Positions 26,329 to 33,264 of a DNA stretch of 33,264 nt are shown piece after piece (position 1 is the stretch's first letter; every line of letters begins with the position of its first letter). This stretch comes from Armatimonadota bacterium (GTDB taxonomy: Bacteria > Armatimonadota > UBA5829 > DTLH01). The position numbers and the translations under genes were made by a program. The notes under the pieces are model-generated. The model did no database searches. It was given only the letters and a program-made list of their open reading frames with translations, and was not told where the DNA came from. The stretch is taken from positions 1 to 33,264 of the forward strand of contig JBDKUN010000012.1 of NCBI GenBank assembly GCA_039679675.1, given 5' to 3'.

Positions 26329-27480
26329 TCACGCCGCCTGTTTAGCTTCGAACCTCGGCCTGTAGTACTCGCACTTATACGATGCCGAATGCTCGTCGGG
26401 AGCTTCCGCTTCCGACATATAGACATATGAGCCGGATGTGCTGCATCGCTGGTAGGTCTGGTCATAGTTGCCGCAGTCGTAGCATCTTCTTAGAACCGTC
26501 CAGCAGACGGCGCACCTGAGGCTTCCGATAAGTTCGATCCTGCCGCAGAGCGGGCAGTGAATATAAACTTCCTTAAACCCGTCCCCGCTTCTTTGCAGCC
26601 CGACTCGGATTGACTGGCCGAATTTGATGAGCTCGTCGGTAAGCTCCGATACGGCGGATAGAAGCTGGTTCGATTCTGCCCCATCGAGATAGTCCACTAT
26701 CCGGTCGTTCAGCATATCGGACATAGTCGTCGCAGTCTTCAGAATCTGCTTCATATGGTTTTCGGCAGTCTGCGGCTTGAAAGGTTTTCTTTTCTCGGTG
26801 CTCTTTCCGGCATGCCTCAGGATTTCCTGGGTCACATTGAGCGGCACCCGCATGAACGCCTCGGTCTTGTCGGGCATCTCTTTGATGGCGTCTATCAGCT
26901 TCGATACTTCGTCTATGGAAAGCCTTTCGGCTTTGATCTTCCTGACCAGCCGCGACTGGGCCTTTTCATCTCCTGCAAAGGCCTTAAGCAGCCGTGCATG
27001 GCCTTCGAGGAACGAACCGTCATTGTCCTCTTCTTTTTTTGCAAGCTCCTGCTGGATCGATTCCGGCAGATCGAGCAGCTCAAGGTAACGTCGCAGTGTA
27101 GATTCCACTACTCCGAGGGTTTTACTGCATTTTTCCCAGCTCATAAACGTCAGAAGCTGTTTTATCGCATGCGCCCGCTCGACAGGGTTCAGATCTTCCC
27201 GTTGGAAGTTCTCAAGAAGCGCGTCCGCTGCCGCATCCTCGTCCGAAAGCTCTCTTACAATCGCCGGTATCTGGGTAAGGCCCGCAAGAAGGCTGGCCCT
27301 GTAGCGCCGCTCACCCATTACGATCTGATACTTGCCGTTCGGCATAGGGCGGACGACGATAGGCTCCAGAACTCCTCTTTCTTTGATTGATTTGGAGAGT
27401 TCTTCAAGGGTTTCCTGATAAAATGTTTTGCGGGGCTGCTCCGCAGTTGCTTCTATTAACGCCAGGTCCAGTAGCTGCAT
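26329..27480 (-). CDS. ParB/Spo0J-family protein with Cys-rich C-terminal extension
   Basis: QPRKTF, GVLEPIVVR, GERRYRA, ENFQREDLNPVE, HTH; 8 Cys in the tail; SD AGGAGG. Confidence 0.9.
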   Translation of the reverse strand: MQLLDLALIEATAEQPRKTFYQETLEELSKSIKERGVLEPIVVRPMPNGKYQIVMGERRYRASLLAGLTQIPAIVRELSDEDAAADALLENFQREDLNPVERAHAIKQLLTFMSWEKCSKTLGVVESTLRRYLELLDLPESIQQELAKKEEDNDGSFLEGHARLLKAFAGDEKAQSRLVRKIKAERLSIDEVSKLIDAIKEMPDKTEAFMRVPLNVTQEILRHAGKSTEKRKPFKPQTAENHMKQILKTATTMSDMLNDRIVDYLDGAESNQLLSAVSELTDELIKFGQSIRVGLQRSGDGFKEVYIHCPLCGRIELIGSLRCAVCWTVLRRCYDCGNYDQTYQRCSTSGSYVYMSEAEAPDEHSASYKCEYYRPRFEAKQAA

Positions 27481-27621
27481 TAGGACCTCCTTTTCATGTT
27501 GCTGGTGTATTTAACTGCACATCCATATAATTCCGCATTCTCCGAAAGATTAGCGATTTATCCTGCAAACATGACGGGGTAAAATGAGGCCAAAAACGAA
27601 AACAGGTAATAGTACTGGGTA

Positions 27622-29022
27622 CTACATTTTACACTTCCAGGCGATGTCGTAATTTCCTGAATCTGAACGTTTTCCGGGAGGCTGAGGTTTTCCTCCATCG
27701 TCCTTCAGATTCGCACCAATACTGTAGATGACAAATCCGCTCTTTTTCTGTCTATAGATAAAGGGTTTTCCGCTGAACGGATCATCCGGAATTTTCCATC
27801 CGAGGCGGGATTTCAGGTCTTTCATGGATGCAGGATAACTTCCGAACCTGTCTCTATAAGCCATTGCAGCTATTGTGGCCTGAGCCAGGCCAATATCAGC
27901 AAGGGTTTTATCTCTGACAAGCGTAGTCCTGGAAATGCCCGACATAATAATATTCGATGTTGAGATGAGTTTTGGTTCATGGGCGGGCTTCTGGTTAACC
28001 CGATCGCGGTACGACAGAGAGATCATAGAAATCTGTTTATCCATCTGATCATTGTAAATCCGCTGGTCAGCGTATGACATAGGCAGCCATAGGTAACTCG
28101 TCATGCCGGCCAGACCTTTTTCTAGCATGTTCATCTCAGCTTTAGTCCTGCCGGGAATGACTTCGGCATGATCCAGCACCCAGAACGGTATGTCTCCATT
28201 TGCTCGCATCTTGCCAAAGATATCACTACCGATGATTCTTTCACCCTGCATTGCAAGCTTGTATTGAGGCTGAAGGTCTACCTTTGCCAGCTCATCGTAG
28301 ATCGACCGCGCCTGATCTGCTGATAGATGATGCTCTTCCAAAACTATGCGAAGACCGGTCAAGGTTTTACGTATACATGATTGCCTGCAGAAAAGAGAGA
28401 TCAGGGTAGGCTCGGAACTAACCGAATCCGATATCCGAATGCCAAGGATTACATCCTCAATGGTTTTATCCAGCTTGTTGTCTTTAGCGTCTATGACTGC
28501 CTTAACTGCAAGTATTTCGGACATCCGACGGAGCTTGTGAATATGAGGAAGCTCAGCCTCAATGCCTTTGTCCCAATCCACAGGGAAGACGCACTGGGGA
28601 CGCTTCTGTGCTTCTTTTACATAGGTTATAGCTGTATCACATTTGGCAAGGATTTCCCGCGCATGGGCTTCAACTATCTCCGGTTTGGCATAAGGATGGC
28701 TTGTTTCTCCAAGCAGTTCACCTAAAGATAAAGGTTCTGAAGGCGGTCTGTACGCGGCAAAGCAAACAGCGTAGGCATCAAGATACAACAATGCTCCGTT
28801 TTGATCCTCGGAAACGGGTTTCGGTGCAAGTTCGGTGAATGTGAGCGGTTCATGGTTGGCTTTAAGCTCATCTAATTTCTTGTCCAATCCCTTCTTCATC
28901 ACGCCAATCAGTATTGCATGTGTGATAAACACAACAGCCAGAACAATAAGAGCCGACTTTGCCAGAATTCGCATCTTTTGCATAAAACCGGAAGCTGTGG
29001 GCTTGAAAATCACTGCTTTCAC
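27622..29022 (-). CDS. Hypothetical membrane-anchored helical protein with GspG-like tail
   Basis: N-terminal TM; C-terminal YRDRFGSYPAS..DPFSGKPFIY..YSIGANLKDDGG; GTG start 14 nt after the upstream stop. Confidence 0.7.
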   Translation of the reverse strand: MKAVIFKPTASGFMQKMRILAKSALIVLAVVFITHAILIGVMKKGLDKKLDELKANHEPLTFTELAPKPVSEDQNGALLYLDAYAVCFAAYRPPSEPLSLGELLGETSHPYAKPEIVEAHAREILAKCDTAITYVKEAQKRPQCVFPVDWDKGIEAELPHIHKLRRMSEILAVKAVIDAKDNKLDKTIEDVILGIRISDSVSSEPTLISLFCRQSCIRKTLTGLRIVLEEHHLSADQARSIYDELAKVDLQPQYKLAMQGERIIGSDIFGKMRANGDIPFWVLDHAEVIPGRTKAEMNMLEKGLAGMTSYLWLPMSYADQRIYNDQMDKQISMISLSYRDRVNQKPAHEPKLISTSNIIMSGISRTTLVRDKTLADIGLAQATIAAMAYRDRFGSYPASMKDLKSRLGWKIPDDPFSGKPFIYRQKKSGFVIYSIGANLKDDGGKPQPPGKRSDSGNYDIAWKCKM

Positions 29023-29035
29023 CTCTCACATCTCG

Positions 29036-29953
29036 TTATTGCGAAAACTGTTCACGGGAAGTCTCTATCGAGATGCGTTTTCCGTCCGTAATGACGGTAA
29101 TCCCGCCGTTCTGGTCGGTGCGGTAGACTTCAACACCGGCGTCCTGCAGCTGTGATACTGTTTTGACGCTCGGATGGCCGAACGGGTTCCTCCTGCCGAC
29201 CGAAACGATTGCATACCGGGGGTGGACAGCCCCAAGCCAGGCGGCTGATGTAGCTCTCGCGCTTCCGTGATGGCCTATTTTGATTACCTGCGCGGATACA
29301 TCACCGCACTCGGCAAGCATTTCTTCTTCGGCTTCTCTTTCTGCATCACCCATAAGCAAAATGGCAGCACCTTTATATTTGACCCGGAGGACGAGCGAAG
29401 TGTTGTTCATACCATCGTCGCCATCCGCTTCGGGAGCATTGCCGGATGGGTTCAGCGCTTCCAGCGTCACACCGTCGCGAAGGTCGATCATCTGCCCGCG
29501 CCGGACACGGCTGTAAGGGATACCTTTTTTCTCTATTTCCTCCAACAAGTCTCGGTAAATGCCGGACGGATGGACGGCTGCGGGGTCGATAACCCGGTCT
29601 ACTGCGAAGTTTCTCACGATGGACAGAGCCCCACCTATGTGGTCCTCATGCGGATGGGTCAAAATGAGCATATCGAGCTTGTTTATCCCCTCTCGTCTGA
29701 GAAACGGAGTGACAACCTTTGCCCCTGCGTCAAAATCGCTTTTGGCATTCGGTCCGGGGCCGCAATCGACCAGGACAGTCCTTCCAGACGGGCTCTCGAT
29801 GACTATCGAATCGCCCTGTCCGACGCTCAAAACCGTCACCTTCAGTGCTGGTGGACGGGGTAGAAACGCCCATATCCATATAACCGCCGCTATGATGCAC
29901 GCGGCGCTAAGAACGAGTCTTTCTTTTTGCTGAATTAATTCTCGAATACGCAT
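29036..29953 (-). CDS. ComEC/Rec2 metallo-beta-lactamase domain (C-terminal half of a split comEC)
   Basis: VGQGDS, THPHEDHIGG, NNTSLVL, GDAE, GHHGS, NPFGHP, YRTDQNG; start uncertain. Confidence 0.9.
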   Translation of the reverse strand: MRIRELIQQKERLVLSAACIIAAVIWIWAFLPRPPALKVTVLSVGQGDSIVIESPSGRTVLVDCGPGPNAKSDFDAGAKVVTPFLRREGINKLDMLILTHPHEDHIGGALSIVRNFAVDRVIDPAAVHPSGIYRDLLEEIEKKGIPYSRVRRGQMIDLRDGVTLEALNPSGNAPEADGDDGMNNTSLVLRVKYKGAAILLMGDAEREAEEEMLAECGDVSAQVIKIGHHGSARATSAAWLGAVHPRYAIVSVGRRNPFGHPSVKTVSQLQDAGVEVYRTDQNGGITVITDGKRISIETSREQFSQ

Positions 29954-31490
29954 AATATAGTCCAGCCCCAAGAACTACATAGTAACCTATTACGCCAAGA
30001 GCACCGGGAGACGCCACATAAATGCATGCGGAAGGCAACTCACCGAACCAGTTGATGGTCGAGAGCGCGAACCTGGTAATTATTGTCCCGGTAAATGATA
30101 ATATACCCCCTAAAATGGGGACATGCGAAAAAACCGGCAGCAGCAGCCCCACAGTGAATATAGGCAGCACCGTCGCCGCAACGATAGCATTGACCAGAAA
30201 GGACACCAGCGAAAACTGGTTGAAATACTGCGCAGAGAGCGGCAGCGTGCCGAGTGTGGCTGCAATGGTAGCCAGAAACCCCTGCCAGCCATCAGTAATC
30301 ACAAAGTGAGCAGCTTTGGCCTTTAAGTCGTTTCTAAATACTACTTCAGGGCAGAATCTGGCACCTGCTCTGGTTTTCCACTGGTTGGTGATATGCTCTA
30401 TCACCGGGAGCACCAAAACAATTGCCAGTACAGCCGCAAATGAGAGCTGAAAACCTACATCGAAGATATCCGCCGGGTTGATCGCAAGGATGATGAGCGC
30501 GGCGGCGAAGAGCAGGTTGAGCGTATCGGACGGCCTGTTGATGAGCACGCCCAAAAGGAGCAGCGTCGCCATTACCGTGGCTCTCACGATGGACGGTTTT
30601 GCTCCGACTACGAACATATAAAATATCAGAATAATTATCAGCGCCATGTGGACGTGCTTTTTATCGAGTTTAAGGCAGTCTCTCAGGGGAAAGCCGAAGA
30701 CGATGACCAGCACCGCGCAGTTGAACCCGGACGCGGCGAGCAGGTGAAGTGTTCCCGTTCGGGTGAAGTTGGCCAAAAGCCTGTCGGGAAGCGTCGTATA
30801 CGTCCCAAGCGCCATACCGGCTACGACTGCGCCCTCATCGCGGGGCATCGACCGGGCAATGGAGTCCGAAAGCCCGCGTTTTATCCATATCGCCGCTGAC
30901 AACAGCGGGTTGGGAGACTCGTTCCTGATGACCTTTACCTGCCGCGGATTCTGAATATACATTACGGCATGGATTCGCTGTCGGGAGAGGTAATCTTTCC
31001 ATGAAAACGCGCCGGGATTGTTCGCGCCGGACGGACTGGAGATACGCGACCCTATTGCAAGCACATCGCCATAGTCCGGCGGGTTCCAGCCGAGGTTGTT
31101 ATCCGGCATATAGTAAGTTACCATCAGCCTGCCGGTTGCCGGGATGGACCTTCCGTTCATGCGGACCGAACGGACGGCGAGAGTGAACATGACCCTGTCT
31201 TCGCGCTGGTCGATGTCTGATATAACCCGTCCCATAACCCCGGTCACTCCGGTGTTGGTAAAGTTCGATACATCGCCCACAGGAAGCGTCATATAGGAAT
31301 CGTATCTGAGGAGGCCGAGCGAAGCGATGACGAAAATGAGCGCAAGCGGGTATTTCTTCCACGCAATCGCGCACGCAAAGCAGAACACGAACCCGCCGAG
31401 CGCGACGTAGACCGGCACATTAAACACCCCGGCGAAGAGTATTCCAAGGACAAACGCAATCGTGACCGAAAAAAGCGGCCTTTTGAACAT
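29907..31490 (-). CDS. comEC: ComEC OB-fold plus Competence membrane domain (N-terminal half)
   Basis: NPGAFSWKDYL, GTLHLLAASGFN, PSIVRA, GFQLSF; start placed at MFKRPL. Confidence 0.9.
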   Translation of the reverse strand: MFKRPLFSVTIAFVLGILFAGVFNVPVYVALGGFVFCFACAIAWKKYPLALIFVIASLGLLRYDSYMTLPVGDVSNFTNTGVTGVMGRVISDIDQREDRVMFTLAVRSVRMNGRSIPATGRLMVTYYMPDNNLGWNPPDYGDVLAIGSRISSPSGANNPGAFSWKDYLSRQRIHAVMYIQNPRQVKVIRNESPNPLLSAAIWIKRGLSDSIARSMPRDEGAVVAGMALGTYTTLPDRLLANFTRTGTLHLLAASGFNCAVLVIVFGFPLRDCLKLDKKHVHMALIIILIFYMFVVGAKPSIVRATVMATLLLLGVLINRPSDTLNLLFAAALIILAINPADIFDVGFQLSFAAVLAIVLVLPVIEHITNQWKTRAGARFCPEVVFRNDLKAKAAHFVITDGWQGFLATIAATLGTLPLSAQYFNQFSLVSFLVNAIVAATVLPIFTVGLLLPVFSHVPILGGILSFTGTIITRFALSTINWFGELPSACIYVASPGALGVIGYYVVLGAGLYYAYSRINSAKRKTRS

Positions 31491-31524
31491 ATAATCTCTG
31501 CTGTTTATGACAAATGTTGCACTC

Positions 31525-31553
31525 ATCATATAGCAGCCGGGCATAAGATGCAA
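31525..31553 (-). promoter_or_regulatory. Putative sigma70 promoter for comEC
   Basis: TTGCAT-N17-TATGAT. Confidence 0.6.
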
Positions 31554-31607
31554 GATGCTGATTGGAGGATTTGCAATTGCAGTTTTATGATGTAGCAATG
31601 AGTCTTA

Positions 31608-31636
31608 TTGATCTCCAGACAATGTCACGCTATAAT
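31608..31636 (+). promoter_or_regulatory. Putative sigma70 promoter for the AT-rich two-gene operon
   Basis: TTGATC-N17-TATAAT. Confidence 0.55.
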
Positions 31637-31839
31637 AATGACGATATTTGAAGAATACAGGGCAAATATAGTCCGTCAGAGAAGCGGCAACGTTGGTTGT
31701 TGGCCTTATGTCAATCCTGTCTTCTCTGCCAAACCTATTTTTCGAGTGTTACGAAATTGAACTGGAGCCTACAGTATCCAATCCTAGTATAAAACTCCAG
31801 TAAGCGCAGAATTGCATTCCGAAAAGGATTCACATGTAA

Positions 31840-32427
31840 ATGCTTCCTGATTATCCCACAATAAAAAAGGATTTATGGAAACTAATGCAGTCTCGGGCTG
31901 ATGAGGCATCAAAGAACTCGCCTTCGTTCTTGTCTACAATAGGCAAAGTACAGCGACACGAAGGGCATAGATATACATATGAAACCGTGGAGGGCGATGT
32001 TAGAGAGTTAAGCCCTCAAAAACATCAAGGCATTGTTGAAGTTCCATTTGCTGACATCGCAACGCTTCAACTTGACGATGTTCAACGTATGATTAACCAA
32101 GCTTATGCTGATATCTGGGATTCAGAGGAAAAGCATCTGTATCAAGTAATCAACGAGATGACAGAAGAAGTTGGTAACGTAATCAGCGGTAACGACAAAC
32201 CTTTGACACAAGATCTGTTCTTTAGTGCATTCGAGAAAATCCACATGAGCTTTGATGATCTCAGTAGTTTTTCCATTGTAGCTAACCACGATACAAGTAA
32301 AATGCTTCAAATGAAACTAGAGGAGTGGAACCAAGATCCTGAATTTACAAAGAAGTGGAGAGAGTTAATGGAGAAGAAACGGAGAGATTGGCTTGATCGG
32401 GAAAGTCGTCGAAAACTGGTTGACTAA
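31840..32427 (+). CDS. Hypothetical protein, tentative HK97/encapsulin-like fold
   Basis: 195-aa ORF with SD AAGGA, AT-rich, overlapping the next gene. Fold guess is by eye only. Confidence 0.75.
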   Translation: MLPDYPTIKKDLWKLMQSRADEASKNSPSFLSTIGKVQRHEGHRYTYETVEGDVRELSPQKHQGIVEVPFADIATLQLDDVQRMINQAYADIWDSEEKHLYQVINEMTEEVGNVISGNDKPLTQDLFFSAFEKIHMSFDDLSSFSIVANHDTSKMLQMKLEEWNQDPEFTKKWRELMEKKRRDWLDRESRRKLVD

Positions 32428-33148
32428 CACTACAGAGCGTGAGTATCAATTACCGTTCTGCCAAATATTATCATTGAAGGGACATCGTGTTGTTCATGTT
32501 TCTTCTCACGGACAAGGAGAACACGGAAAGGATGTGGTCTCGTATGACCCAAAAGGACATCTGTGTGCTTTTCAGACAAAGACAGATAATATTGGAGTAA
32601 GGGAATGGCAAAACATCAACGGCGAGATAAATGATCTTACTAAACTGAAGGTATCGCTCAGCAATGTACCGACACAGAAAGGTTGGCACAAGTCGTACTT
32701 AGTGACCAATGGGCGCATTACATCAGATGTCAAGAATAAGATTCAGATATACAATCAAAGTTACAAAGGTAATGCGTCTTATTTGAAAACTATCGAGTAT
32801 GATGAGCTGTTTGGAGATTTTGTGCAGGTTAGCGATAAATTAATTCCTACCGAAATTCCTGATTTTAGTAGGTTCCTTAGTTTGTTACTTGCAGATGGTA
32901 AAGATATTCTTCCAAATCACGATATATCCAAGTTTCTGATAAGTATTCTACCTCTGCGAACAATAACCAAAGAACCTAAAAAGGACTTTTGTCGGCGTTC
33001 TATAGCCAATTCTCTCATAATGACCAATTTTATTGGTCAGCATTACCTTGTGGAGAAGAACCATTTTGCGTTGGTAGACCTATGGATAATGTTATGCGCT
33101 CATATCCTCGCGGTTGCGGAGCGGTTTAGGCTTGATGATAGTCAGTAA
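32393..33148 (+). pseudogene. PD-(D/E)XK restriction-endonuclease-like protein, probably truncated by IS insertion
   Basis: GQGEHGKDVVSYD...AFQTK and YLVTNG fit the Mrr-like nuclease pattern; the TAA stop lies inside the IS end. Confidence 0.7.
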
Positions 33149-33264
33149 CCTCCGGCAGAGCCGGAGGCTTGTAATATGGGAACCGCTCAAAGCGGTTATC
33201 TGTTCGTCATTTATGAGCCGCCCAAGGCGGCATCAGCACAACTTAAGTTGATCGATCCGTTTGT
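33141..33264 (-). mobile_element. IS200/IS605-family element, right end
   Basis: Subterminal hairpin CCTCCGGC-AGA-GCCGGAGG, further hairpins AACCGC/GCGGTT and GCCGCC/GGCGGC, end ..GGTTACTGAC on the minus strand; exact boundary inferred. Confidence 0.8.
33233..33264 (-). CDS. tnpA: IS200-type transposase C-terminus (partial)
   Basis: Reads KRIDQLKLC*, like the DQL tail of TnpA; only 9 residues visible. Confidence 0.65.
   Translation of the reverse strand, partial: KRIDQLKLC

Noticed and set aside
25986..26332. Two small minus-strand ORFs
   Set aside because: They are translations of palindromic repeat DNA.
27535..27570. SigH-type promoter before the ParB-like gene (GCAGGA...GAAT)
   Set aside because: AGGA-to-GAAT spacing is 20 nt, longer than the roughly 17-18 nt expected.
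31840..32427. Prophage structural gene
   Set aside because: No terminase, portal, protease or tail genes are nearby, and the ORF is short for a major capsid protein.

Overview
Mostly core bacterial chromosome with accessory patches. A Terrabacteria-type genome, possibly Armatimonadota, is inferred from gene content and is not proven. From the left on the minus strand: 5' end of tuf, tRNA-Thr(GGT)/Tyr(GTA)/Thr(TGT), a Zn-ribbon membrane protein, a VanW protein, accA/accD, radA and an orphan lpdA behind a promoter-led, highly structured ~160-nt RNA. A plus-strand hexuronate cluster follows (SDR, Zn-dehydrogenase, uronate isomerase), then an AT-richer patch of exported proteins with a 140-bp paralog remnant and a MITE-like element. 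Next on the minus strand: SIS protein, signal peptidase I, sigH-like sigma, DUF4342-like protein, DUF433/DUF5615 TA pair, ispDF, PIN/TRAM, a glycoside-hydrolase-like gene and a TMTC-like TPR glycosyltransferase. The right end has a tandem Spy-like gene with an ECF-type promoter, nested palindromic repeats, an orphan ParB with a Cys-rich tail, a split comEC, and an AT-rich two-gene operon cut by an IS200/IS605 element. Best leads: (1) that operon, a capsid/HK97-like small protein plus a PD-(D/E)XK-type protein, as a candidate defence system; (2) a signal peptidase with Cys at the catalytic Ser position, next to sigH; (3) the structured RNA upstream of lpdA; (4) the ParB-zinc-finger protein. All family assignments come from motif recognition by eye, with no database searches.
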